A stretch of 64,000 nt of DNA from an uncultured Rhodospirillaceae bacterium (GTDB lineage Bacteria > Pseudomonadota > Alphaproteobacteria > UBA2966), in assembly GCA_964343605.1 (NCBI GenBank), contig CAYFKJ010000002.1:629176-693175 (forward strand), written 5' to 3'. Made by a program: the position numbers and the translations under genes. Under the pieces are notes generated by a model that made no database searches, was not told the origin of the DNA, and saw only the letters and a list, made by a program, of their open reading frames with translations. Of this stretch, positions 8,478 through 18,580 are shown in pieces. The stretch's first letter is position 1. The number at the start of each line of letters is the position of its first letter.

Positions 8478-10901
8478 CTATGTGACATCATCCAGGACGC
8501 TGCGCAACTTGCTTCCGAGGTCGGCCTTGCGAAACGGTTTTTGCAACAAAACGATTCCGTCATCCAGCTTCCCGTCGTGAACGATGGCGTCGTGGGTGTA
8601 GCCCGACATGAAAACGGTTCTGATGCCGTCGATCCTTTTTTGGGCCGCCGCTGCAATATCCGGTCCGCTCATGCCGTTGGGCAGCACGACATCGGTCAGC
8701 AACAAATCAAAATTGGTGTCCTGATTGAGGATTTCCATCGCCCCGGGGCCGTCACCCGTGTCGACAACCCGATAGCCAAGGTTCTTCAGCATCATGACGC
8801 TCAATCTTCTGACGTCGAGGTGATCCTCAACCACCAGAACCCGCTCGCCCTTGGAAGCGTTGGTATTCTCCGCTTCCGGCTCGTCGTTTTTGTTGTTAGC
8901 CGCAACTGCACGCGGCAAATATAGGTCGACGGTCGTCCCCTCGCCCAGAATGCTGGCGATGGAAACATGACCGCGCGACTGTTTGATGTAGCCGAACACC
9001 ATGCTCAACCCCAAACCGCTGCCTTGGTGCAACGCTTTGGTCGTGAAGAACGGTTCGAACACCCGTTCCAGCGTCTCCGCCGTCATGCCGGAACCGGTGT
9101 CGGATACCGAAATCTTTACGTAGTCACCCGGTTCGACTTCATCCATCGCTTTGGTGTGGACCTCCTCGAGAACGACGTTTTGGGCGTCGATGGTCAATTT
9201 TCCACCGTCGGGCATCGCATCGCGGGCATTGAGTGCGAGGTTGAGGATCGAATTTTCCATTTGCGCCGGATCGACCAGGCAGTGCCAGAGGTCCTTTGCC
9301 GTGCTGGTCCGGATGTCGATGGTCGCGCCTAATGTCCGACGCAACATGAGCTCCAGGTCCGGCAGGCGGCTCTCAAGATCGACATCCCTCGGCGCCAGGG
9401 CCTGCTTGCGCGAAAAGGCCAGTAGGTTGCGCGTTAATTCGGCGCCGCTTTGCGTCGCTTTCTGCGCCCGCTCTATGAGCTCGATCAGATCGCGCCGGTC
9501 GTTCAACTCTTGTGACAGCAATTCGAGATTTCCCGAGACGACCAGCAGCAGATTGTTGAAGTCGTGCGCCAGACCGCCGGTCAATTGCCCGACGGCCTCC
9601 ATCTTCTGCGCCTGACGGAGTTGCTCTTCCTTCTCCCGCATTTCCGTCACGTCGACCCTAATCGAAATGGTCGAGCCGTCCGACATGCGGTTGTTGATGG
9701 CGTGCAGCCAGCGGCCATTGAGTTTCTGCGTCTCGATTTCCCCCGAGCCGGAATTGTGAAAGCGGTTCAGGCGTCGCTGGACATAGGCTTCAATCTCGGC
9801 ATCCGAACCGGTGGCGGCGTCGAGCTTCGCGTTGACGCGAATGTGCTCGGAAAAATGACAACCGGGTTGCATCGCCGGCACGTGTTCCGGCCAGTTCTCA
9901 AGGTGGGTTTTGTTGACCATGATCAGGCGGTCGTCGGCATCCCAAATGTGCAGCGCCAACGGCAGGCTGTCGATGACCTGGCGCAATCGCCGCTCGTTCT
10001 CCACCAAGGCGATTTCGGCTTTTTTGCGTTCAGTTGCGTCCTGCAGGATATGCAGCCGGCTGCCGTCGGGGCTCACCTGCTCGACGACGTTCATCCAGCG
10101 ATCTCCCCGCTGCACGTCCATGGGCGCTTTGGGATTGCGGTGTGCTTCGAGCCGTTCGGCGAACCACTCGTCCTCGCGGCCGTCGATTCCGGAAACCGCT
10201 CCCCTCTCGATCAAGGCGGTGAGAAGGTCGTTGAAATAGGCGCCGGGTTTGATGAGATCGATTATTTCAAGGCTCAACTCCTTGTACCTACCGTTGAAGA
10301 ACGCAAGCCGGTCGTCCGGGTCGAACAGGGCAATCCCCACGGGCAGCGAATCGGTGGCCTTGAACAGGCGGGATTCGATGTTTTTCGCTTTTTCCTTGGC
10401 CGCTATTTCCGCGGAGATGCTCTTGCCGGTCCCGCGGTAGCCGAGAAATTCGCCGTCATCATCAAAAATCGGTTTGCCCGTAAGACTGCAGTGGTGCCGG
10501 ATGCCCTCCGGATCAACGAACCAGTAACGAAAATCCCGGAATGGACGGCGATTGTCCAAGTCGTTGAAGTGTCTTTCCCAAAGTTCGGGATCTTCCTTGA
10601 TCGGCGCCACATCCTGGCGGCGTTTTCCGAGAATGTCGTCAGGACCGAGTAACAGATGATCCGCGATCCGGTCCGAGAGATAGGTAAAACGCAAATCGGC
10701 GTCCATCTCCCAAAACCAGTCGGATGCCGTTTCCGCGAAATCGTGCAGGCGCTGTTGATCCGCCGAGGACCTGCGCCGGTCGCTCGCACCTTTCCCCCCG
10801 GCACCGGCCTCCATGGCCTTCTCCAGCCGGGCGACTCGTTTAACCAGCTCTTCCTTGGACAAATCCGCCAAATCTGGCGTGCTACTCGACTTGGCGGACA
10901 T
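8478..10901 (-). CDS. PAS-domain hybrid sensor histidine kinase/response regulator
   Basis: Multiple PAS-like repeats, an H-box HDFNNLL, an HATPase region (DTGSGM...GLGLSMV) and a C-terminal receiver domain (VLVVEDHLDVR...LLLTDVVLP). Confidence 0.85.
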   Translation of the reverse strand: MSAKSSSTPDLADLSKEELVKRVARLEKAMEAGAGGKGASDRRRSSADQQRLHDFAETASDWFWEMDADLRFTYLSDRIADHLLLGPDDILGKRRQDVAPIKEDPELWERHFNDLDNRRPFRDFRYWFVDPEGIRHHCSLTGKPIFDDDGEFLGYRGTGKSISAEIAAKEKAKNIESRLFKATDSLPVGIALFDPDDRLAFFNGRYKELSLEIIDLIKPGAYFNDLLTALIERGAVSGIDGREDEWFAERLEAHRNPKAPMDVQRGDRWMNVVEQVSPDGSRLHILQDATERKKAEIALVENERRLRQVIDSLPLALHIWDADDRLIMVNKTHLENWPEHVPAMQPGCHFSEHIRVNAKLDAATGSDAEIEAYVQRRLNRFHNSGSGEIETQKLNGRWLHAINNRMSDGSTISIRVDVTEMREKEEQLRQAQKMEAVGQLTGGLAHDFNNLLLVVSGNLELLSQELNDRRDLIELIERAQKATQSGAELTRNLLAFSRKQALAPRDVDLESRLPDLELMLRRTLGATIDIRTSTAKDLWHCLVDPAQMENSILNLALNARDAMPDGGKLTIDAQNVVLEEVHTKAMDEVEPGDYVKISVSDTGSGMTAETLERVFEPFFTTKALHQGSGLGLSMVFGYIKQSRGHVSIASILGEGTTVDLYLPRAVAANNKNDEPEAENTNASKGERVLVVEDHLDVRRLSVMMLKNLGYRVVDTGDGPGAMEILNQDTNFDLLLTDVVLPNGMSGPDIAAAAQKRIDGIRTVFMSGYTHDAIVHDGKLDDGIVLLQKPFRKADLGSKLRSVLDDVT

Positions 10902-11100
10902 AAAGGGACTCCAGAAACCGTTTGCTCAACCACTCCCCTCCGGGGCAACAATAAAGTTGTTCGTTGATCACCGGGATCAAACATAGTTTAAGTGGACGAT
11001 GGTAAAAAAGCCCGGGGGACGCTCGTTGGGCGGGATTTTGCCATCTTTCCGGTTTATCGCGGGTTCGCGGCGGCATCATCGGGGAGGATGAAAGAAGAAA

Positions 11101-11475
11101 ATGCGTTTGCTTGTTGTCGATGACGATCAACCGATCCTCAAGCTGATTGGCAGCTTGGGCGAGGCGTGCGGTTATGAGGTAGAGGTCATGTCGGATGCCG
11201 CCGTCTTCCTGACCAAGTGCAGCGAATCTGCACCCGACGTGCTGGTGCTGGATCTGGTGATGCCCAACGTGGACGGCATCGAAGTCTTGCGGACGATGTC
11301 CGAATTGGAGGTCCCGTCACGTATCTTGCTGATTACCGGGTTCGATCCAGATCTGTTGGCGCGCGCTGAGGCCCTGGCCAAAGCCTGGAATCTAAATATC
11401 ATCGGCAGCATGACCAAGCCCATCGATCCTGACGCCGTACAACAGCTTTTGCGCAATACGATTGAAAGCGCCTAG
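11101..11475 (+). CDS. single-domain response regulator (CheY-like receiver)
   Basis: LLVVDDD...VLVLDLVMP...TKP receiver motifs, 124 aa, no output domain. Adjacent to the hybrid kinase on the opposite strand. Confidence 0.8.
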   Translation: MRLLVVDDDQPILKLIGSLGEACGYEVEVMSDAAVFLTKCSESAPDVLVLDLVMPNVDGIEVLRTMSELEVPSRILLITGFDPDLLARAEALAKAWNLNIIGSMTKPIDPDAVQQLLRNTIESA

Positions 11476-11519
11476 GGGCAGCGGTTCCAACATATTCCCG
11501 ATTGGATGTTTATTAGATC

Positions 11520-13706
11520 ATGACTAAGCATGTGGAAAAAAGCGGTCTGGCGATCGCTGAAGAACTTGTGGACCTGGTTGGCAACGAAATCACGCCGGGC
11601 ACGGGCATTGATGCGGATGCGGTGTGGGAAGCGCTTGCCGGCATGATCGAAGTGCTTGCGCCAAGGAACAGGGCATTGTTGCAGCGACGCGACGACCTTC
11701 AGGCCGAAATCGATGCCTGGCATTTGGAGCGCAAGGGCCAGCCGTTGGATGCCGAAGCTTATAAGGCTTTCCTCACGGAGATCGGCTACCTCGAGGCCGA
11801 AGGGGAGGACTTCGCAATTGGCACGGCGAACGTGGATGCGGAAATCGCCGTGATCGCCGGGCCTCAGCTCGTGGTGCCGGTCATGAATGCCCGCTACGCC
11901 CTGAATGCCGCAAACGCCCGCTGGGGCAGCTTTTACGATGCGCTTTACGGCACGGATGCGATTTCGGAGGCCGACGGGTGTGAGCGCAGCGGTGGCTACA
12001 ACGCCAAGCGCGGGGCCAAGGTTATCGATTTCGCCAACAGCTTCCTCGATCAAGCCGCGCCCCTGGCCGCCGGCGGCCACGGCGAGGCCGTGGCCTATCG
12101 CCTGGCGGATGGCGATGGCGGAAAAGTGCTGCTGGTCGAAATGGCGGACGGGGGCGAAACCGGCCTTCGCGATCCTGCGCAGTTCGTCGGCTACACGGGC
12201 GGTGACGTACCCGACGCCGTCCTGCTGAAGAACAACAACCTCCACATCGAAATTCAGATCGACCGCAACCACCCGGTCGGCAAGGACGATCCCGCGGGCA
12301 AGAAGGATGTCGTTCTGGAGGCCGCCATCACGACCATTCAGGACTGCGAAGATTCGGTTGCCGCCGTGGATGCCGAGGACAAGGCGCTGGTCTACCGCAA
12401 TTGGCTCGGCCTGATGAAGGGCGATTTGGAGGAAGAGCTGGACAAGGGCGGCCGCACCGTTACCCGCCGCCTGAACGCCGATCGGGAGTATTCCGCGGCG
12501 AACGGCGGGACGCTGACGCTGAAGGGCCGGAGCCTTTTGCTGGTGCGCAACGTCGGTCATTTGATGACGACCGACGCCGTGCTGTCGCCGGAAGGCGAGG
12601 AAATCCCGGAAGGTATCCTGGATGCCTTGATGACCAGCCTTTGTGCGCTTCATGATATACGCGGGCAAGGCGCCAAGGCCAACAGCACGACCGGCAGCAT
12701 CTACATCGTGAAGCCGAAAATGCACGGTCCCGATGAAGTGGCCTTCACCGGCGAGATTTTCAGCATGGTTGAAGACGCCCTCGATCTGCCGCGCAACACG
12801 CTGAAGATCGGCATCATGGACGAAGAGCGCCGAACCACGGTGAACCTCAAGGCTTGCATCCGGGCAGCCCAGGACCGCCTGGTTTTCATCAACACCGGCT
12901 TCCTCGATCGTACCGGTGACGAAATCCACACCAGCATGGAAGCCGGGCCTTTCCTGTGCAAGGACGCTATCAAGGCCCAGCCCTGGATTGCCGCCTACGA
13001 GGACTGGAATGTCGATATCGGCCTGGAGACAGGCCTGTCGGGCAAGGCGCAGATCGGCAAGGGTATGTGGGCCATGCCGGACGAAATGGACAAGATGCTG
13101 GCCGCCAAGATCGGCCATCCCGAAGCCGGCGCCAACTGCGCCTGGGTGCCGTCACCGACGGCGGCAACCCTGCACGTCATGCACTACCACCAGGTTGACG
13201 TCGCCGCCAGGCAACGGACGTTGGCGTCGCGCGAGCGGGCCAGCCTCGACGACATATTGTCGGTACCGCTGTTGGCCGGGCAGAATCTGTCGCCGGACGA
13301 AATCAGGGATGAATTGGACAATAACGCCCAAGGGATTCTCGGTTACGTCGTGCGTTGGATCGACGCCGGCGTGGGCTGTTCCAAAGTGCCGGACATCAAC
13401 GACATCGGTTTGATGGAGGACCGGGCGACGTTACGGATTTCCAGCCAGCATATCGCCAACTGGCTGCATCACGGCATTTGCAGCGAGGAACAGGTGAGGG
13501 AGACGATGGAACGGATGGCGGAAGTTGTCGATCGGCAGAACGCGGGAGATCCGACCTATCGCAACATGGCGCCGGACTTTGCCGGCAGTATCGCCTTTCA
13601 GGCGGCTTGCGATCTTGTTTTCAAGGGGCGGGAGCAACCCAGCGGCTATACCGAACCGATCCTCCACGCCCGTCGCCGCGAGGTCAAAGCCCTGGCGGCG
13701 AATTGA
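11520..13706 (+). CDS. glcB: malate synthase G
   Basis: 728 aa, colinear with GlcB-type malate synthases (the N-terminal [20 protein letters not shown]... and overall organisation). Confidence 0.9.
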   Translation: MTKHVEKSGLAIAEELVDLVGNEITPGTGIDADAVWEALAGMIEVLAPRNRALLQRRDDLQAEIDAWHLERKGQPLDAEAYKAFLTEIGYLEAEGEDFAIGTANVDAEIAVIAGPQLVVPVMNARYALNAANARWGSFYDALYGTDAISEADGCERSGGYNAKRGAKVIDFANSFLDQAAPLAAGGHGEAVAYRLADGDGGKVLLVEMADGGETGLRDPAQFVGYTGGDVPDAVLLKNNNLHIEIQIDRNHPVGKDDPAGKKDVVLEAAITTIQDCEDSVAAVDAEDKALVYRNWLGLMKGDLEEELDKGGRTVTRRLNADREYSAANGGTLTLKGRSLLLVRNVGHLMTTDAVLSPEGEEIPEGILDALMTSLCALHDIRGQGAKANSTTGSIYIVKPKMHGPDEVAFTGEIFSMVEDALDLPRNTLKIGIMDEERRTTVNLKACIRAAQDRLVFINTGFLDRTGDEIHTSMEAGPFLCKDAIKAQPWIAAYEDWNVDIGLETGLSGKAQIGKGMWAMPDEMDKMLAAKIGHPEAGANCAWVPSPTAATLHVMHYHQVDVAARQRTLASRERASLDDILSVPLLAGQNLSPDEIRDELDNNAQGILGYVVRWIDAGVGCSKVPDINDIGLMEDRATLRISSQHIANWLHHGICSEEQVRETMERMAEVVDRQNAGDPTYRNMAPDFAGSIAFQAACDLVFKGREQPSGYTEPILHARRREVKALAAN

Positions 13707-13721
13707 ACGGGGCGGCGGTGT

Positions 13722-13892
13722 CTAGTGAACGGTGTCGTCGCCTTCGTGGATAACGCGGCCGGCGATACCGTGGATTTGGATCAGCACGCCTTCCCAGTGA
13801 TTGGTGCGGGCGAGATCGACGGCGGCGTCCAAACCGACGGACTTGATCAAGCTGTCGGCCAATTCGCGTTGGTAATTCCGGTTTTCTTGCAT
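13722..13892 (-). CDS. small hypothetical protein (56 aa from the internal ATG; track ORF starts at TTG 13931)
   Basis: Short ORF convergent with glcB. It looks protein-like but I recognise no family. It could be spurious. Confidence 0.2.
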   Translation of the reverse strand: MQENRNYQRELADSLIKSVGLDAAVDLARTNHWEGVLIQIHGIAGRVIHEGDDTVH

Positions 13893-14107
13893 CGTCCTGT
13901 GCCTTTTGCCAGTGCCTCGAATAAGAGACAATTTCGATGCTGTCAGAAAAACACGTCAATGCTTCTGGAATGTGACAAATCCGCGGAAAAAGGTTTCTGA
14001 TTTGCGTATTTGGTATCGCAATTGTGTCAATGCGAACCTCCCTCTCACCAGGGCCCACCGGGACACGTGCAGTTTGTCGATAACTCCTTGTTTTATTGGA
14101 GATAAAA

Positions 14108-14872
14108 ATGAAGTTGTTTGATCTCAGCGGAAAAGTTGCTCTGGTTACGGGCGGTAATGGCGGTATCGGTCTGGCGATGGCCGAAGGCATGGCCCAGGCG
14201 GGCGCAAACGTGGCCGTTGCGGCACGTGACGCCGAGAAGGGCGCCGACGCCGTGGCTAAGCTGGAAAGCTACGGTGGCGCCGCAAGGTTCGTATCGGTCG
14301 ATGTGACGGACGAAAGCTCGTGCCGCGCCATGATCGACCAGGTTCAGACCAACTTCGGACGGCTGGACATCCTCGTCAACAACGCCGGCACCAATATCCG
14401 CAAACAGCCCGAGGAATACGACATCGCCGAGTGGCATGGCGTCATGGATACCAACCTCACCAGCGCCTTCGTCTGCAGCCAGGCGGCCTATCCGGCCATG
14501 AAGGCGGTGGGCGGCGGCAAGATCATCAACATCGGCTCCATGATGTCCATCTTCGGCGCCTCGTTTTCCGTCGTCTATGGCGCCAGCAAGGGCGGCATCG
14601 TGCAGATGACCAAGGGCATGGCTTGTGCCTGGGCCAAGGACGGCATCCAGGTCAACGCAGTTCTGCCCGGCTGGATCGACACCACCCTGACCCGTCAGGC
14701 CCGCCAACAGATCGAAGGCCTGCAGGAAAAGGTCGTCGAGCGGACGCCGGAAGGCCGCTGGGGCGATCCCGCCGATTTCTGCGGCATCGCCGTGTTCCTG
14801 GCCTCGAGTGCGTCGGATTTCGTGACCGGTACGGCAATTCCGGTCGACGGCGGTTTCTCCGTTCAGATCTGA
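14108..14872 (+). CDS. SDR family oxidoreductase (gluconate 5-dehydrogenase/3-oxoacyl reductase-like)
   Basis: TGGNGGIG cofactor motif, NNAG, catalytic S...YxxxK (YGASK). A GGAG RBS precedes the ATG at 14108. Confidence 0.8.
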   Translation: MKLFDLSGKVALVTGGNGGIGLAMAEGMAQAGANVAVAARDAEKGADAVAKLESYGGAARFVSVDVTDESSCRAMIDQVQTNFGRLDILVNNAGTNIRKQPEEYDIAEWHGVMDTNLTSAFVCSQAAYPAMKAVGGGKIINIGSMMSIFGASFSVVYGASKGGIVQMTKGMACAWAKDGIQVNAVLPGWIDTTLTRQARQQIEGLQEKVVERTPEGRWGDPADFCGIAVFLASSASDFVTGTAIPVDGGFSVQI

Positions 14873-14900
14873 TTTCAAACCACGCCAAGAAAAGGATCAA

Positions 14901-15206
14901 GTGATGAAAGAAGGCGATTTTTCCGTTGTCGTGACGTTCAAACTGAAACCCGGTTCGGCCGCGGCGTTCACGCCGTTGATGCTCGACAACGCCGAGGCAT
15001 CGGTGCGGGAGGAGGCGGGCTGCCTGCAATTTCACGTCGCTCACGACGAGGCGGATCCGGACACGATCTGGCTCTACGAAGTCTACGATAACGCAGCCTC
15101 TTTCGACGCCCACCTCGAGGCGCCTCACTTCCTGGCGTTCGCCGAGAAAGCGGCGGACATGATCGAGGAACGGATCATCCAGCGTTGCGCCGTGCTCAAA
15201 ACCTGA
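14901..15206 (+). CDS. antibiotic-biosynthesis-monooxygenase (ABM) domain protein
   Basis: About 100 aa ferredoxin-like ABM fold signature (FHVAHDEADPDTIWLYEVYDNAASFDAHLEAPHF). Confidence 0.6.
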   Translation: MMKEGDFSVVVTFKLKPGSAAAFTPLMLDNAEASVREEAGCLQFHVAHDEADPDTIWLYEVYDNAASFDAHLEAPHFLAFAEKAADMIEERIIQRCAVLKT

Positions 15207-15225
15207 CCGATGCGGGGAGGACGTC

Positions 15226-16113
15226 ATGGAAAAGGTGCGCATCCAGTTTTCGAGATTCTCGGCTTTTTATTCACCCCTGATTGCCGCCATGTCCGGCGGA
15301 TTCCTCGAGGAGGAGGGGCTGGAAGGCGAGCATTCGGTATCGGCGCCCGGCATTTCGGCCATTCAGGCCCTGACGGAAGGATTGGTCGATGTCGTCCAAT
15401 CGGCTCCGAGCCAGTCATTCCGCTTCATCGAAAGGGGCGAAACGCCGCCGGCCGTCCATTTCGCGAACATCAACCACAAGGACGGATTCTTCCTCACGGG
15501 ACGACAGCCGGAAGATGAATTCACGTGGTCCGGTCTCGCCGGTCGCAATGTGCTGGTCGATCACGGCGGCCAGCCCCTGCATATGTTCAAGTACGCCTGC
15601 CTCAAGGCCGGCTTGGACTACGCCGCCATCGACGCTCTCGATGCCGGCAATACCGACGACATGACTACCGCCTTCCGGGCTGGCGAAGGGGACTACATCC
15701 ACCTGCAGGGACCGGCGCCGCAGCAGTTGGAAGCCGACGGCATCGGCCATGTCGTTGCGCGTGTCGGCGATCCCATCGGGTCTTGCGCCTTTTCCAGCCT
15801 GGCCTCGACGCGGGAGTGGTTGGAGACCGATCAGGCGGCGAGGTTCACAAGGGCCTTCCGCAAGGCGAGAGATTGGGTCGCCGTCGCCGATCCGGCAGAA
15901 ATAGCGGCCGCCGAAACGTCATTTTTTCCCGAAATCGACCGGGATGTCCTGGCCCGGACAATTGCGGCCTACCAGGGCTTGGGCAACTGGCAGTCGGGTC
16001 TGGCGATAACACCTGAAGCGTTCGCCGTGACGGTCGACGTTTTCCGCCATGCCGGCGTGATCGATGGCGAGATCGACCATCGTCCGGCGCTCGCACCGCC
16101 GCCAGGCCAATAG
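15226..16113 (+). CDS. NMT1/THI5-like (SsuA/TauA-type) domain protein without signal peptide
   Basis: Periplasmic-binding-protein type II fold resembling NMT1/THI5 proteins. No signal peptide and no adjacent ABC components. Confidence 0.5.
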   Translation: MEKVRIQFSRFSAFYSPLIAAMSGGFLEEEGLEGEHSVSAPGISAIQALTEGLVDVVQSAPSQSFRFIERGETPPAVHFANINHKDGFFLTGRQPEDEFTWSGLAGRNVLVDHGGQPLHMFKYACLKAGLDYAAIDALDAGNTDDMTTAFRAGEGDYIHLQGPAPQQLEADGIGHVVARVGDPIGSCAFSSLASTREWLETDQAARFTRAFRKARDWVAVADPAEIAAAETSFFPEIDRDVLARTIAAYQGLGNWQSGLAITPEAFAVTVDVFRHAGVIDGEIDHRPALAPPPGQ

Positions 16114-16153
16114 CCTCTTGCGCAATCGGGCGGCGACGCTATGTTGTCGCGCC

Positions 16154-16834
16154 ATGACACAGGAACAAGCTCAAGAAACGCCGTCTCCGCTTAAGGCTGC
16201 CATCCTTCCCGTTACGCCGTTTCAGCAAAATTGCTCGATCGTCTGGTGCGTGGAAACCAACCAGGCCGCCGTTATCGACCCCGGCGGCGAGGTCGACCGC
16301 ATCATCGCCTCGCTGGAGGAGCAGGGCGTGACGCTGGAGCGCATTCTGGTGACCCACGGTCACATGGATCACGCCGGCGGTGTCGCCGAACTGGCCGACC
16401 GTACCGGCGTGCCTATCGAAGGCCCGCACGAAGACGACAAGTTTTGGATCGACGAGATCGCGGAGGCCGGAGCCAAATATGGCATCATGGGCGCCAAGCC
16501 CTTCACGCCCGACCGCTGGCTCCAAGACGGGGATGAAGTGTCCTTCGGCAAGGTCACCTTGGGCGTCAGGCACTGTCCTGGTCATACGCCGGGTCACGTC
16601 ATTTTCTTCCATGAGGGCATGCGCATCGCCATGGTGGGTGATGTGTTGTTCAAGGGATCCATCGGCCGGACCGATTTTCCCAAGGGCAACCATGCCGACC
16701 TGATCCGCTCGATCCGGGAGAAGCTCTGGCCGCTGGGTGACGACATCACTTTCATTTCCGGCCACGGGCCGCTTTCGACGTTTGGCGAGGAACGGGCCAC
16801 CAACCCCTTTGTCGCCGATGGCGTCGCGGGTTAA
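16154..16834 (+). CDS. MBL-fold metallo-hydrolase (glyoxalase II-like)
   Basis: HxHxDH motif (THGHMDHAGG) with downstream His/Asp ligands (HCPGHTPGH). I prefer the start at MTQEQAQ. The overlapping minus ORF 16139..17059 is rejected. Confidence 0.75.
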   Translation: MTQEQAQETPSPLKAAILPVTPFQQNCSIVWCVETNQAAVIDPGGEVDRIIASLEEQGVTLERILVTHGHMDHAGGVAELADRTGVPIEGPHEDDKFWIDEIAEAGAKYGIMGAKPFTPDRWLQDGDEVSFGKVTLGVRHCPGHTPGHVIFFHEGMRIAMVGDVLFKGSIGRTDFPKGNHADLIRSIREKLWPLGDDITFISGHGPLSTFGEERATNPFVADGVAG

Positions 16835-16862
16835 GATTGACCGTTTCCGGGGGGATGACGCA

Positions 16863-17210
16863 ATGAGCGAAGAAGACATCAAGTTCGAGAGTCTGGACGA
16901 GCAAACGCGAATCGAGATCGAGGCCGCAGCCTTTCGCGGGCTGGTCGGCCATTTGCAGAAGCGCACGGACGCCCAGAATATCGACATCATGAACCTGGCC
17001 GGCTTCTGCCGGAACTGCCTTTCGAAGTGGATCCGCGCTGAGGCGGTCGACCGGGGCATCGAACTTACGGACGCCGCCGCGCGCGAGGCGATCTACGGCA
17101 TGCCCTACGGCGAATGGAAGGACAAACACCAGGAAGAGGCGACATCCGAGCAGAAGGCGCGGTTCGAGGAAACCAAACCGCTGCACGCCAAGATCAGCGG
17201 CCACAATTGA
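16863..17210 (+). CDS. DUF1244 family protein
   Basis: About 115 aa with the CRNCLSKW motif, characteristic of the alphaproteobacterial DUF1244 family. Start taken at MSEEDIKF. Confidence 0.6.
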   Translation: MSEEDIKFESLDEQTRIEIEAAAFRGLVGHLQKRTDAQNIDIMNLAGFCRNCLSKWIRAEAVDRGIELTDAAAREAIYGMPYGEWKDKHQEEATSEQKARFEETKPLHAKISGHN

Positions 17211-17341
17211 GACGTAATTTCCCGCCAGGTTAGAAACACATTAACACGTAACCGTTATTGGGCGGTCCTCGCCGAGCCTGCTAGGTTGGAACCTGCATAA
17301 GCGGCGCTGCGCCGGTCCGCATTCCCCAGGAGAAATTAGTT

Positions 17342-18211
17342 ATGAAATTCCAAGCCACCTCTTTTGCCCTGTCCGCCGCCATCGGCTTGGGCGCAATCGC
17401 GATCGCCAACGGCGCCGTTGCCGAGGAATTCAAGGATCCGGTTATCGCCAGGGTGAACGGCGACGCGATCTACAAGTCCGAAGTCCTGATGTTCTTCCAG
17501 AGCCTGCCGGACCAATACAAGCAGATGCCCATCGGCGTCCTGTTCCCGCAACTGCGGGCAGCGCTGGTCGACCGCAGGATCATCTCCCAGCAGGCGAAGA
17601 AGGAAAACCTCGGTGACGACGAGGCCGTCAAGCGACAGATGGCGTTCTTCCTCGACGGTGTTCTGCAGGATCGCTATCTCGACAAGCACGTCCGGGCGAA
17701 GCTGACCGAGCAACGCCTGCGCAAGATCTATGACGACACCATCGCCAAACAAAAACCCGAGGACGAAGTTCACGCCCGGCATATCCTGTTGGAGAACGAG
17801 GAAGACGCCAAGGCGGTCATCGCTGAAATCAAGGGCGGCGCCGACTTCGCCGAAACGGCCAAGAAGCGCTCGAAGGGGCCGTCCGCGCCGCGCGGCGGCG
17901 ATTTGGGTTTCTTCGCCAAAGCCGCGATGGTGCCGGAATTCGCCGAAGCCGCCTTCGCCATGAAGGCGGGTGAGGTTTCCGAGAGCGCGGTAAAAACCCA
18001 GTTCGGCTGGCATGTCATCAAGGTGGAAGCCCGCCGCGAGGGCAAAAATCCCAGTTTCGAGGATAGCGTCGACAAGATCCGCACCGCGGAGGCCCAGAAG
18101 ATTTCCCTCGAATTGATGGCGGAATTGCGCAGCGACGCCAAGATCGAGGAATTCAACGACGACGGATCGGAAATCAAGCCGATCGTCAAGCCGAAGGCTA
18201 AATCCGAATAG
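17342..18211 (+). CDS. parvulin-type peptidyl-prolyl cis-trans isomerase (SurA/PpiC-like, secreted)
   Basis: Signal peptide, then a PpiC rotamase domain (HARHILL...GGDLGFF...GWHVIKV). Confidence 0.8.
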   Translation: MKFQATSFALSAAIGLGAIAIANGAVAEEFKDPVIARVNGDAIYKSEVLMFFQSLPDQYKQMPIGVLFPQLRAALVDRRIISQQAKKENLGDDEAVKRQMAFFLDGVLQDRYLDKHVRAKLTEQRLRKIYDDTIAKQKPEDEVHARHILLENEEDAKAVIAEIKGGADFAETAKKRSKGPSAPRGGDLGFFAKAAMVPEFAEAAFAMKAGEVSESAVKTQFGWHVIKVEARREGKNPSFEDSVDKIRTAEAQKISLELMAELRSDAKIEEFNDDGSEIKPIVKPKAKSE

Positions 18212-18274
18212 CGGTTATCCGGAAGCCGCGTTTTAGCATTTGGTTTTGAAGGCCATTTCGTAAACCCAGCGCTC

Positions 18275-18400
18275 AGGCCTGGACTCCCGCCTTCGCGGGA
18301 GTGACGGGGAGGATTGGGAATCGCGATGGCGCTGCGCCAACTCCACTTCGTCATTCCCGCGAAGGCGGGAATCCATGCCGTAGCAATTCATTCCCGCAAC
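18275..18400. repeat. REP/MITE-like GC-rich hairpin repeat cluster, locus A
   Basis: Two hairpin units in opposite orientation (actcccgcCTTCgcgggagt, then cattcccgcGAAGgcgggaatc) plus a partial third (cattcccgc). The same unit recurs near 55.9 kb and 61.0 kb. Confidence 0.6.
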
Positions 18401-18580
18401 GCCTCTAGTTATTCCGGCACGCATGGGAGATGCAATCGGGCAGGAACTCGCTGAATTCCGCGGGTCGCTTTTCCTATGGCCCGTGTCGCGACCGGGATAG
18501 AATAGCGCCCAAGCCTGGGGCGAACTGCCCCAGGTAGAAATCGGGGAGCCGCCGGGAACCCCCGCCCGGCGTTTGGTTCA

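Noticed and set aside
15226-16113. Possible link of the NMT1/THI5-like protein to thiamine (HMP) biosynthesis
   Set aside because: It is about 11 kb from the TPP riboswitch, has no riboswitch of its own, and I cannot verify the THI5 catalytic residues by eye. Left as a generic NMT1/THI5-like domain protein.
18233-18424. Short ORFs spanning the hairpin repeats (18233..18424-, 60939..61169+, 60945..61652-) encoding GMDSRLRGND / VIPAQAGIHA peptides
   Set aside because: These are pseudo-ORFs generated by the palindromic repeat units. The same peptide motif appears wherever the repeat occurs, regardless of context.
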